A stretch of DNA of 64,000 nucleotides, taken from IMG/VR virus record IMGVR_UViG_3300011113_000633; one strand, 5' to 3'. The position numbers and the translations under genes were made by a program. Within the stretch, counting starts at the first letter, position 1; each line of letters begins with the position of its first letter. The notes below the pieces were generated by a model that was not told the origin of the DNA, ran no database searches, and saw nothing but the letters and a program-made list of their open reading frames with translations. Origin of the DNA: an uncultured virus (IMG/VR IMGVR_UViG_3300011113_000633). Taxonomy: Duplodnaviria > Heunggongvirae > Uroviricota > Caudoviricetes. Shown here one piece after another: positions 8,469 through 17,757 of the stretch.

Positions 8469-9082
8469 TGTCACACCACATTACGAGTATTCCTCGTCCA
8501 ATGTATGCGTATGTTAAAAATGAATTTTTATATGACATGCAAGAAGGTTATGGAGAAGTAACCCCAGCATTGTTATACGGTATATCAGCGTTGCCAAATA
8601 GGGCATGGGGTATATCAGCACTATTATCAAATGGCGCACTTGTTCAACATTTGCCCGTTCATGCTTTTCTTAAAGACGGTAAAAGTGACCATAATCACCA
8701 GTTAGGTGAACTACAAGTTTGGTCATGTTACGGGCAAGACTTTGGCGTTGAAGAATACAGCGCCTTATCTGAACTATCTGTCCGCGCTTACCTAAAAGGT
8801 TCGTGGGAAAAAGGACATTATTGGTTTACCGCCGCGCCATATGATGATGTGTACTCGCGCACGCCAGACCAACACAAACATTTTAATTTTGTTTGGTTAG
8901 AGTGCGGACATTTGGCAACTCTTCCTGGTAACAGGTTACTTGTACACGACCCTTCTTTCACTGTTGACATGCCTGAGTGGGGTAACAGACCAAAGTACAA
9001 AGTCAATACTCAATATTGGTATCCAGAAGATTTTGACCAAAAACCGCAGTTTGACTTGACAATAGACGATACTACTGCATAA
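8468..9082 (+). CDS. Conserved hypothetical phage protein
   Basis: V..EFLYD...G...LPVHAF...QxWxC...QHK...PGNR pattern recalled from a widespread aquatic-phage family; function unknown. Confidence 0.7.
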   Translation: MSHHITSIPRPMYAYVKNEFLYDMQEGYGEVTPALLYGISALPNRAWGISALLSNGALVQHLPVHAFLKDGKSDHNHQLGELQVWSCYGQDFGVEEYSALSELSVRAYLKGSWEKGHYWFTAAPYDDVYSRTPDQHKHFNFVWLECGHLATLPGNRLLVHDPSFTVDMPEWGNRPKYKVNTQYWYPEDFDQKPQFDLTIDDTTA

Positions 9083-9097
9083 TGTATACTTGATTGT

Positions 9098-9517
9098 ATG
9101 CCGAAGAACGAAGACGCCTCTGAATTTGAACTGCAAAACGAGGCTAACACTGGAACAATGCGAGGAATTGGCAGTGGTGGAGTTGTAGACGAATCCAGCC
9201 GAGTTAGGCAAGACGCAACAAACTTCCATCGTGGCATGTTTGCGCTAATGGCTTCTTACGATTGGGATAGAGGTCAGTTTAGTGAACACCCACAAGATGT
9301 TGATTTGAGGAATGAGGCTTTTGAACTGCTTAATTTGCCACCTCACCTGTCTCCTCAATTCAACAAAGCCAAAGCAGATGAATTGTTGCAAAGTTTGGGA
9401 AACATTAGAAACAAAGACGAAAGCGGACAGATACCAGACGAAACAAGGTCTGGTGATTACGTACGTAATTTGATTAAATTGTCACAAGCCCGTTTTGGTA
9501 ATAGAAAAATTAAATAA
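9098..9517 (+). CDS. Hypothetical protein
   Basis: TATACT 7 nt before the ATG; internal HLSPQF. Confidence 0.7.
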   Translation: MPKNEDASEFELQNEANTGTMRGIGSGGVVDESSRVRQDATNFHRGMFALMASYDWDRGQFSEHPQDVDLRNEAFELLNLPPHLSPQFNKAKADELLQSLGNIRNKDESGQIPDETRSGDYVRNLIKLSQARFGNRKIK

Positions 9518-10388
9518 AACTAGCAAGTGCAAGTTTAATACCTTGTTCAATAGTTATTTTTGGTTTGTAAAATTCAAACATTTTTGATGGGTCACAAACG
9601 CGATACTGAACTCCTTCTGGAGCACCAATAATTCTTTCAAATTTAGGTTTATATCCAGCAATTTTTGAAACCATTTCTGCTAATTCATTAAACGAAACTG
9701 CAATCCCCGTTCCAAGGTTTACTGGTCCTTTAATATCTTGCTTGACCGCCTCAAGTGTTGCTGCAACAACATCGCTTATGTGAATAAAATCTCTTGTTTG
9801 GTTTCCAGTGCCCCATATTTTAAATGGGTCTTCCTGCCTAGCACCACGTGCAATAAATGAAGGAAATGGATAATCAAGTGCTTGGTCTTCTCCATAGCCA
9901 GAAAATGGACGAAATACATGAACCCTCAATCCTTCATTTTCTGCATATTTGGCAAGCATCTCTCCAGTAAGTTTTGCCCAACCATATGTAAGGTCTGGGG
10001 ATTGAATATCATCTAGGTCAATGTCGCTTTCTTTTAATTTATGTGTTGAACCATAACTTTGTAATTTAATTGGATAAGCAGCAGATGATGAGTAGTAAAC
10101 AATTTTAGATGGTCTTGTTCTTAATGCCCATTGAAACATTTCTGCATCAATAGCAAGGTCTACGGCAACAGAAAGAGGAGCACCTTCAATGGTGGCTCTT
10201 CCTCCTACAATTGCCGCAAGATGAATAACTAGGTCAAAATAAGTGTTGTCGGTTGCAAAAAAATGACGAGCATCAATTCCATTTTTAATATCTACTCCAA
10301 CAATTTCATGCTCTGATAGTGCTTTCCTAAAATGTGTTCCAACAAATCCAGCATCACCTGTAATCAAAATCTTCACTTGCATCCCCAC
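9510..10388 (-). CDS. NAD-dependent nucleotide-sugar epimerase/dehydratase (extended SDR)
   Basis: ILITGDAGFVG, HLAA, SSSAAY, YGWAK, WGTGNQTRDFIH. Confidence 0.93.
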   Translation of the reverse strand: MGMQVKILITGDAGFVGTHFRKALSEHEIVGVDIKNGIDARHFFATDNTYFDLVIHLAAIVGGRATIEGAPLSVAVDLAIDAEMFQWALRTRPSKIVYYSSSAAYPIKLQSYGSTHKLKESDIDLDDIQSPDLTYGWAKLTGEMLAKYAENEGLRVHVFRPFSGYGEDQALDYPFPSFIARGARQEDPFKIWGTGNQTRDFIHISDVVAATLEAVKQDIKGPVNLGTGIAVSFNELAEMVSKIAGYKPKFERIIGAPEGVQYRVCDPSKMFEFYKPKITIEQGIKLALASFI

Positions 10389-10933
10389 ATTCCGTAGATA
10401 TAAGGTTCGCCAAATACGGTAGTATCAAGCATAATAAATACATCTGGAGTCCATCCAGCATTCATCATAAGCGTCTCAACATCTTGCCTATTCCAAGCCC
10501 AATAGTGTTCTTCGTTTGTGTCATACCATGCATCTATTGGCGTAGATAAAACAAGAGATTTTGACTTCTTACGAATAGAGTTTAGGACTGAACTTGGGTC
10601 TTCAACATGCTCAATGCTTTCAGAGCATATGTATAAATCAACATCTTTGATTTTAGAAATGTTACTTTCAAGCGGACCAGAATATTCGTAACCTTTTGCA
10701 TAATCACCAAGAATTGTTGTTTCAATATTTAATGCTTTAGCAATTGCACCATTCCCACAACTTAGGTCAGCAACCGATGAGGCCATAACTTGGTGGGCCA
10801 TATCTTTAGCCAATTGAATAGTCGTATTCACTCGGATATCATGTCCACGACCATAGATTGCATGGTCGTGTGGCTGTGGATAAAGTTCTGCTAATTCATT
10901 GGCTGTATAAAACTCACGTAGTTTTTTTATCAC
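10373..10933 (-). CDS. Class I SAM-dependent methyltransferase
   Basis: VADLSCGNG, D..ICSESIEHVEDP, LVLSTP. Confidence 0.85.
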   Translation of the reverse strand: MIKKLREFYTANELAELYPQPHDHAIYGRGHDIRVNTTIQLAKDMAHQVMASSVADLSCGNGAIAKALNIETTILGDYAKGYEYSGPLESNISKIKDVDLYICSESIEHVEDPSSVLNSIRKKSKSLVLSTPIDAWYDTNEEHYWAWNRQDVETLMMNAGWTPDVFIMLDTTVFGEPYIYGMWGCK

Positions 10934-11640
10934 CTGTGAACCTTCATATCATGTCCACGAGTTTCAATAGCCCCAACTGATATTGGGAAATGTTGAGCCT
11001 GACAGTCCTCTCGCACGTAAGTTGGAATCTTTAAGTAATGCAAAGCATCATGATGAAAACATGGGTCATCAGACATGTTTTTATCCATATCCCATCTCCA
11101 CCTAATTCCAGAAAACACATCACGAGCAATAAAAATTGCAGCAGCAGAAGCCATTGCATTCATTACAGGAAATGAGTACTTGTCAACCCGTGGTCCACGC
11201 AGTCCGTATGTGGTGATATATGGAGCGCATAAAGGATGATTCATTTCTAACATTTTAGGCAAAATGTCGTTTGGTGGCATTGTGTCCGCAGCCATAAACA
11301 ACATGTGCGTACATGACGGTATTGACATTGCAAAATCATTTACAAGATTTTGACCAACAGTAATGTGGCGAACCCTGTTTTTGGTGGTTACTTCTGTACG
11401 ACCATCATCAAGAGAGTATGTCCAAAACTCTCCTCCAACTTCTTCAAGCCTTTTAAGAAATGGACCAAACGGCTCTAAACCACGAGAGTCAATTTGAATT
11501 GCGGCAAAGTATTTTACATCAGTCCAATTTCCAAAATGCTGATATTCTTCTTTTACTTTTTCTGCATTTCTCATCCATGAACCCCAATGGTCCTCGTTGT
11601 CCATGACAAAAGCGTGTAAGGTTGTGCCAACTACTATCAT
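10930..11640 (-). CDS. Putative GT-A fold glycosyltransferase
   Basis: HMLFMAAD (DxD-like), IARDVF..IRWR...SDDP.F; AGGAG RBS; in an operon with the SDR and MTase. Confidence 0.6.
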   Translation of the reverse strand: MIVVGTTLHAFVMDNEDHWGSWMRNAEKVKEEYQHFGNWTDVKYFAAIQIDSRGLEPFGPFLKRLEEVGGEFWTYSLDDGRTEVTTKNRVRHITVGQNLVNDFAMSIPSCTHMLFMAADTMPPNDILPKMLEMNHPLCAPYITTYGLRGPRVDKYSFPVMNAMASAAAIFIARDVFSGIRWRWDMDKNMSDDPCFHHDALHYLKIPTYVREDCQAQHFPISVGAIETRGHDMKVHR

Positions 11641-11682
11641 AAATTCTCCTGTTTCTATACTAATGGTGTAAACTTAAGTATA

Positions 11683-11841
11683 ATGGTTGTTAAGTTCCCT
11701 ATCTACACCCAATCTATGGCAGATGCTATTTCTATGGCAAAAGCGCAAGCCGCTGCACAAGGGTACAAGAACGTGTACCTTGTAAAAGTTGACAAAGTAG
11801 GCAATGGTGCTTGGGAAATAACTATGAGGTTGAGCGCATAA
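11683..11841 (+). CDS. Hypothetical 52-aa protein MVVKFPIYTQS...
   Basis: Translated by hand; TAATG coupling to next ORF. Confidence 0.55.
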   Translation: MVVKFPIYTQSMADAISMAKAQAAAQGYKNVYLVKVDKVGNGAWEITMRLSA

Positions 11842-12002
11842 TGAACATTAATGTTGAAAAACCAGAACTTTGCTGCTCCATTAAAGTTCCAGACACATCT
11901 ACACAATGTATTCGTTGCGGTTCTGAAATGACCCCAGAACATGCCCATTATCGTTGCTACAACTGTGGTGAACGGGATTCTTGTTGCGAAGGCGTTTATT
12001 AA
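11841..12002 (+). CDS. Small Cys-rich zinc-ribbon protein
   Basis: CIRC...HAHYRCYNC...DSCCEG. Confidence 0.65.
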   Translation: MNINVEKPELCCSIKVPDTSTQCIRCGSEMTPEHAHYRCYNCGERDSCCEGVY

Positions 12003-12370
12003 TGGTTTCAGCAAACAGCCTTAACTGGGAACAACATATTATGAGAGAAGGTCATGTTAGGTCTTTAAAAACTGATAAAGACAGAAAAGATGTACTGATA
12101 CGTGCTATAGGTAGCGGGCATCCAATGATTGCAGAACAACGAAGAAACGGTCATATTGTAGTGCATGTTAAAGATGACGGGTCAATAACTACGGCAAGTA
12201 GTGGTGGAGGTGGACGTGGTGTTGAAAATTTTGAATCTCAATTACGTCGTGCTCACAAATCTGTTGGTTCTGATTTTCCAAGAAAAAATGAAAGTGATAA
12301 ACAGTTTCAAAGACGTATGACTAAAAGTCAAAAACCAAATGAAGAAACTCCTGAATCTGGAATTGCATAA
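12002..12370 (+). CDS. HicA-like (dsRBD-fold) protein
   Basis: RRNGHIVV..DG.IT.AS....R..EN..SQLRR; starts MVSANSLNWEQ. Confidence 0.5.
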   Translation: MVSANSLNWEQHIMREGHVRSLKTDKDRKDVLIRAIGSGHPMIAEQRRNGHIVVHVKDDGSITTASSGGGGRGVENFESQLRRAHKSVGSDFPRKNESDKQFQRRMTKSQKPNEETPESGIA

Positions 12371-12861
12371 TGGGACGTAACGAACATTTTGATGCTGGGC
12401 ACAACAACGAACGCATCGCCAACGAACGAATTAAACGCGCCGCAGCGAAAGAAAAAGGAGAAGCACTTGCTGAAGGTTTATTAAATTCTCTTGCTCAATC
12501 GTCAGGTTTTCACGACGCTGAGCACATGTTTTTAACAGAACGAAACAAAACAGAAGAAGCATTTGCACAAAAGTATAAAGAAGGTCCTGGAAAGTTAACC
12601 ATTGACCCAGACATATCTGATGGTTTTCATTACCGAGTATCACATCCATCTGGTTATTACGGTATTCACCGAGGCGCCAACATGGATATATATCACCCTA
12701 AACACGGTGCAGTTGATTTAATATCCTATGTTGACTATCAAAAACACGGCATATTAAGCCCAATGAAACCTGAAGAGTGGCCTTCTCCACAACAAGTACA
12801 TCAAGACTTACACGAATGGGTAGCAGAAAACGGGGATGATTACAACGAACATTACTCATGA
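12370..12861 (+). CDS. Hypothetical protein
   Basis: 163-aa ORF with TAATG coupling; starts MGRNEHF. Confidence 0.7.
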   Translation: MGRNEHFDAGHNNERIANERIKRAAAKEKGEALAEGLLNSLAQSSGFHDAEHMFLTERNKTEEAFAQKYKEGPGKLTIDPDISDGFHYRVSHPSGYYGIHRGANMDIYHPKHGAVDLISYVDYQKHGILSPMKPEEWPSPQQVHQDLHEWVAENGDDYNEHYS

Positions 12862-12927
12862 TGTTTGTTATGTTATACTATAACTTGAGTGTTCTCACCG
12901 AACGGGTGACCTGCGGGTCGCCCGTTC

Positions 12928-15072
12928 ATGGTCTGTAGCCATATGCGCCGCCACAAAGGTGCTTGGATGTTTTGGGTTGTTGCCATGTTTGCATGGTTTG
13001 CACCTGGCACTGTTAAAGCAACTCCAGAACCTGGGCTAACAGTAACCGTATACAACAACTATGGTTACAACAACGCACCTCCTTTACCAACACTCAGCGG
13101 AAGACCTGTTGTAGGTACAACAACCCAAACTGACATTGACCACAATTTTGATTCCCAACCGTTGTTTAACATGTACGAAGATTTTATTGTTAAATACGAA
13201 GGGTATATAACATCGCCAACTACTGCAACAATTACTTTTTACCCTGCTGCTGATGACGGAACAAAATTGTACATTGACGGACAATTAATTGATAACAACT
13301 GGTTTGATAAAGGAGGTGGAGGCAATTTAAGTACACCAGTTGAATTTGTTGCTGGAGTTCCTAAACCAATAACGCTTTGGTATTACGAAAATGGAGGAGA
13401 TGCTTGGGTAAATTTAGCATGGAACCTTAACGGAAACTATGTAACAGTTCCTGCTGATGCTTTTACAAAAACTTCTGAATCTGCTTACACAACGACAACC
13501 ACGTCTGCTACAACTACAACCGCATCAACTACAACCGTCCAAACCACCACCACAACTACGACTATTCCATCACCAACAACAACGACTTCATCTATAGCAC
13601 CATCCACCACAACAACCATGCCGCCCACGACAACATCGTCGTCCACGACAACAACATCCACAACCCTGCCAGAATCCACCACAACGACTTCATCTACAAC
13701 CGTACCTTCAGCAACCACTTCAACAACCACAACCGAAGTTTCCACAACCACGAGTTCATCTACAACAACCCTTCCCACAACAACGACCACAACCACAGAG
13801 CCAGTTCAGACAAGCACAACCACATCAACGACAACCACCACTGAAGTCCCTGCCACCACAACGACAACAATCTCCCCACCAACTCAAACAACTAGTACCA
13901 TCCCCGAAATCGTGCCTGAACCCGCATCACCAATAGTCGTACCCGATACAACCTTACCCGAAACATTTACAACCACCGAACCTGAAACAACAGTGCCTGA
14001 TACAACTTTGCCTGAAACATTTACAACCTATCCTGACGTGCCTCATCCCAGTATTCCTGACCCAAATAAATCCGACCTACCCGAAAATATGTTTTATCCA
14101 TCTGACCCTGAGGGCGTAGTGATTCCAATTCCTTTAAACCCTGTTCTGCCACCTGTTGAGCCTGACCAGACAACCGTTCCCGCTCCCGAAGTTGAGCCTG
14201 CTCCCGACGAAACAAAACAGCCAACAGACACAACACAGCCGCAGGAATATACAACAGAAACAACACTAATAGAAGAAACGGATTCATCACTTACTACTTT
14301 ACCACCAATTATTGAAAATGAGGAAGTATTAGAATTTATTGAAAACATAGAAAATGCCACTGTTGAAGAGTTATTAAGCAATGTTGATAATTTGCTTGAA
14401 CAGGAACTTTCAAACGAAGAATTAGAGGCAGTTTTTAATGCCGTATTTAATGATAATTTATCAGATGAAGAAACAATTGAATTGGCTCAAGAGATTCTAA
14501 AGGGTGAACTTGACGCAGAAGAATTTAGCACCGTAATTGACGCCATCTTTGACGAAGTGGTAACTGACGAAGTTTTGATTGAAACATTTACCGCTGTTTT
14601 GGAAACCAAACTTGACAAAGAAAAGTTTGAAGCGGTAGTTGATGTCCTTGAATCTGACGTTATTTCCAAAGAACAGGTTGCTGAAGTAGTCACTTTGATT
14701 ATCCAACAGGAAGGCGGAGTTAATGCAGAACAAGCAACAGAACTTGCCACAAGTTCAAAAGTGTTGGAAAGCATTGACGGCGAACAAGCAACGGAAGTGT
14801 TTGATGCCGTGGTTGCGTCTGAGGTGTCGCCAGAGGATGGGGCCGCAATCGTAGAAGCCGTTCAAAACGCACCAGAAGAAGTAAAAGAAGCATTTGAAGA
14901 AGAAATAAACGTATTTGAAGGTGTATTTGACGAATATGTCCCCACTGGTTCCAGTATTTCCGTTGGAGCACGTCGTGCAGTGATAGCCGCAACTGCGGTA
15001 TTATTTGTAGCACCTTTACCTATCCCTACAACCAGTTCGTCACAAACTGTTTCATCTCGTAAAAAAGGATAA
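12928..15072 (+). CDS. Surface protein: signal peptide, PA14 domain, Thr/Pro-rich stalk, acidic helical repeats, C-terminal membrane anchor
   Basis: Signal peptide ending VKA; GLTVTVYNN..F.VKYEGYI..ADDG.KLYIDGQ..W.YENGG (PA14); about 170 aa of Thr-rich sequence; hydrophobic tail. Confidence 0.85.
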   Translation: MVCSHMRRHKGAWMFWVVAMFAWFAPGTVKATPEPGLTVTVYNNYGYNNAPPLPTLSGRPVVGTTTQTDIDHNFDSQPLFNMYEDFIVKYEGYITSPTTATITFYPAADDGTKLYIDGQLIDNNWFDKGGGGNLSTPVEFVAGVPKPITLWYYENGGDAWVNLAWNLNGNYVTVPADAFTKTSESAYTTTTTSATTTTASTTTVQTTTTTTTIPSPTTTTSSIAPSTTTTMPPTTTSSSTTTTSTTLPESTTTTSSTTVPSATTSTTTTEVSTTTSSSTTTLPTTTTTTTEPVQTSTTTSTTTTTEVPATTTTTISPPTQTTSTIPEIVPEPASPIVVPDTTLPETFTTTEPETTVPDTTLPETFTTYPDVPHPSIPDPNKSDLPENMFYPSDPEGVVIPIPLNPVLPPVEPDQTTVPAPEVEPAPDETKQPTDTTQPQEYTTETTLIEETDSSLTTLPPIIENEEVLEFIENIENATVEELLSNVDNLLEQELSNEELEAVFNAVFNDNLSDEETIELAQEILKGELDAEEFSTVIDAIFDEVVTDEVLIETFTAVLETKLDKEKFEAVVDVLESDVISKEQVAEVVTLIIQQEGGVNAEQATELATSSKVLESIDGEQATEVFDAVVASEVSPEDGAAIVEAVQNAPEEVKEAFEEEINVFEGVFDEYVPTGSSISVGARRAVIAATAVLFVAPLPIPTTSSSQTVSSRKKG

Positions 15073-15074
15073 TA

Positions 15075-15239
15075 ATGAAAAAGTATGTAGATGAGATTCT
15101 TGCCTTATCTTGGACTCTGGGTGGAACTGCTATGGTTCTAATTACCCTTAGCGGAGAAACTTTAAAATGGGGATTATGGATAGCAATTGCTTCCTTTGTT
15201 CTTCATATGCTGGGTACTGCACTTAAGCAACCAGAATAA
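15075..15239 (+). CDS. Small two-TM membrane protein (54 aa)
   Basis: MKKYVDEILALSWTLGGTAMVLITLSG...; translated by hand. Confidence 0.7.
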   Translation: MKKYVDEILALSWTLGGTAMVLITLSGETLKWGLWIAIASFVLHMLGTALKQPE

Positions 15240-15253
15240 GGTAAAATTAACCA

Positions 15254-15979
15254 ATGCCAACTAACGTTCAGTACACGCTCACACGTGGGTTGCCGTGGAC
15301 ACGTCATATTTGTGTAAAAAGTAAACTAACTCATTACAGAGTTAATATTGCAAATCCATCAGCCTTTGTTGCTATTAGCAGTACTAACAAAAAGCAAATA
15401 ACAACTGAAGTAACTCCAGAAGGAATCATAAAACTATCTTTAGACGAGTTAGAAACTTATGACCTGCCAGTAGGCGCTCTTGATTATGATGTGTGGGCTG
15501 ATGTTACAATTGGTTTGAACGAAACCGTATATCAACCAGTTGCAAAAGGCACTATTACAGTTAGTTCGTATAATAATATTACCCCATTGGAGGATTCAGA
15601 CGAAATGGAAATTCGCTACAAACAAAGAACGGATTTCCGCCGCATATTCACGTTAACAGACGATGAAGGTGACATACTCACTATACAAGATGCTTATTTG
15701 CAAGCAAAAGACTCAACAGGGACAACCGTATTAGATTTGCGTTGGTATGCATCTGTGCCAAGCGAGGCTACTGTTATTGCTCTTAGTCCAGCCAATCGTC
15801 GTGGTTATCTTGCTCCAAGTACAGGAGCAACTTTAGAAATGCACATTTCTGATACTAATAACATTTCTGTTGGTTCTCATAATTTTGATTTATTTGTTAA
15901 AGATTCTGTGGGCGATTGGAGTTGCTTGGCTCAAGGAACAATTGTTGTAGAAGCCTCTATTTCTTCTCCACCAGCATGA
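15254..15979 (+). CDS. Virion-associated protein with two Ig-like (BppU-like) repeats
   Basis: Two repeats ending YDVW..V..GTITV and FDLF..L..GTIVV. Confidence 0.6.
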   Translation: MPTNVQYTLTRGLPWTRHICVKSKLTHYRVNIANPSAFVAISSTNKKQITTEVTPEGIIKLSLDELETYDLPVGALDYDVWADVTIGLNETVYQPVAKGTITVSSYNNITPLEDSDEMEIRYKQRTDFRRIFTLTDDEGDILTIQDAYLQAKDSTGTTVLDLRWYASVPSEATVIALSPANRRGYLAPSTGATLEMHISDTNNISVGSHNFDLFVKDSVGDWSCLAQGTIVVEASISSPPA

Positions 15980-16278
15980 GTGTAACCAGAACCGCAATAG
16001 TTTCAGGTGCTAAGAAAAAAACCGTTGTAAAAGTTGCCAATGTTGGTCCAACTGGTCCCGCTGGTCCTGCAGGTGTAAGCGGAGGCAATTATACTCACAT
16101 ACAATCAGCACCATCAACAACATGGACAGTTGTACACAATTTAGGATATCATCCAGGTGGTGTATCTGTAATAGATAGTGCTGGAACTAAAGTGTATGGT
16201 GATATAACCCATATTAGTGTTAATCAACTTGTGATAAACTTTAGTGCAGGTTTTAGCGGAAAAGCATACCTATCATAG
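15976..16278 (+). CDS. Small virion protein with short collagen repeat
   Basis: GPTGPAGPAG plus YTHIQS.PS.TW.V.HNLG domain. Confidence 0.7.
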   Translation: MSVTRTAIVSGAKKKTVVKVANVGPTGPAGPAGVSGGNYTHIQSAPSTTWTVVHNLGYHPGGVSVIDSAGTKVYGDITHISVNQLVINFSAGFSGKAYLS

Positions 16279-16290
16279 ACAGGATTAAAA

Positions 16291-17559
16291 ATGCCTTTAT
16301 TTCTTAATAATATTGACCTTAACAGCAACGAACTTCAAAATGCTGTTATTCAAAACTTAGCCACTGACCCAGTATCTGGTGCGGAAGAAGGCAAAGTTTA
16401 TTTTAATACAACGGCAAAAGAACTTCGTGTATACAACGGTACTGCATGGGAAGCCGTAGGTCTTAACGGAGTTACTGCTGATGCCGCTGAAATTAACATT
16501 CTTGATGGTGCAACACTTTCAACAACAGAACTTAACTATGTTGATGGTGTAACTTCAGCAATTCAAACGCAATTAGATTCCAAAGCAAGTGCCTCGGCTT
16601 CACCAACAATAACTTTGGGTGGTGACTTAACTGGTTCTATTACTCTTACAAATCTTAGCGGCGGAACTCTTACAGCAACAATTGCCTCCAACTCTGTTGC
16701 TCTTGGTACCGATACTACTGGTGATTATGTTCAATCATTGGTTGCTGGAACTGGTGTTTCTTCAACAGGCGCAACTTCTGGCGAAGGTACAACGCACACA
16801 CTTTCAATTGGTCAGGCTGTAGGCACAACTGACAATGTAACTTTTGCTGGTGTAACTGCTGATGCAATCCGTGTTGGTGTTACCGCCGCAGGAGAAATTG
16901 ACACAACTACTGGCAACTTAACAATTGACTCGGCTGGTGGAACTGTAACAGTTGATGACAACTTAACTGTAACTGGAAACCTTACTGTTTCTGGCACTAC
17001 TACAACAATTAGCACAGAAACAGTAACAGTTGATGACAATATTATCGTTCTTAACAACAACGTAACTGGTGCACCAACAGAAAATGCTGGTATTGAAATT
17101 GAACGCGGTTCTTCCACAAATGTTCAACTTCGTTGGAATGAAACTACTGATAAATGGGAATTTACGGAAGATGGAACTACTTATCAAACACTTGGTTCTT
17201 CTACAACTTTAGGAACAGTTACTACTGGTGTATGGAATGCAACACCAATTGCCGTTGCATATGGTGGTACAGGTTCAACAACAGCATCGGCAGCACGTCT
17301 TGCGTTAGGTGCAACTGTTGCAAGTGCTAGTGCAACTCTTCCACAAAAATTGGCATTTGATATTGGTAACAACTCGGCAACATCTTTTGTTCTTACTCAC
17401 GGTTTAAATACTCGTGATGTCACTGTTCAAATTGCTGAAAAATCAGCCCCTTACAATGTTGTTATTGCAGACATTGTATTGGCAACTGCTGATACAGTAT
17501 CTGTAAGTTTTGCAACAGCACCAACAACTAATCAATACCGTGCAGTAATTATTGGATAA
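16291..17559 (+). CDS. Fibre/virion structural protein
   Basis: Thr/Gly beta-rich; DDNIIVLN..ENAGIEIERG module; C-terminal H.LNTRDVTVQ. Confidence 0.75.
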   Translation: MPLFLNNIDLNSNELQNAVIQNLATDPVSGAEEGKVYFNTTAKELRVYNGTAWEAVGLNGVTADAAEINILDGATLSTTELNYVDGVTSAIQTQLDSKASASASPTITLGGDLTGSITLTNLSGGTLTATIASNSVALGTDTTGDYVQSLVAGTGVSSTGATSGEGTTHTLSIGQAVGTTDNVTFAGVTADAIRVGVTAAGEIDTTTGNLTIDSAGGTVTVDDNLTVTGNLTVSGTTTTISTETVTVDDNIIVLNNNVTGAPTENAGIEIERGSSTNVQLRWNETTDKWEFTEDGTTYQTLGSSTTLGTVTTGVWNATPIAVAYGGTGSTTASAARLALGATVASASATLPQKLAFDIGNNSATSFVLTHGLNTRDVTVQIAEKSAPYNVVIADIVLATADTVSVSFATAPTTNQYRAVIIG

Positions 17560-17562
17560 CAA

Positions 17563-17757
17563 ATGCCAAAAATAGTTGGTACACTTCTTATTCAAGATAC
17601 TGAAATTTTTACTCAAGGTAGTGATTTTTCTTCTGGAGTAAGTTCTGGAATTAGTATTCCTACATCATTAGATGGTGGTGGAGTAACTCCTGGAATTAAA
17701 CAAGCAAGTATTGATAGAAGTACGACTTTTTCCTTTGATGGTGGTGTGGTAAGTTAA
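17563..17757 (+). CDS. Small virion protein
   Basis: 64 aa with two DGG motifs; lies within the fibre cluster. Confidence 0.55.
   Translation: MPKIVGTLLIQDTEIFTQGSDFSSGVSSGISIPTSLDGGGVTPGIKQASIDRSTTFSFDGGVVS

Noticed and set aside
13485..13796. Val-rich minus-strand ORF and similar antisense ORFs throughout
   Set aside because: Mirror of ACN (Thr) codons in the PA14 stalk; shadow ORFs of real plus-strand genes
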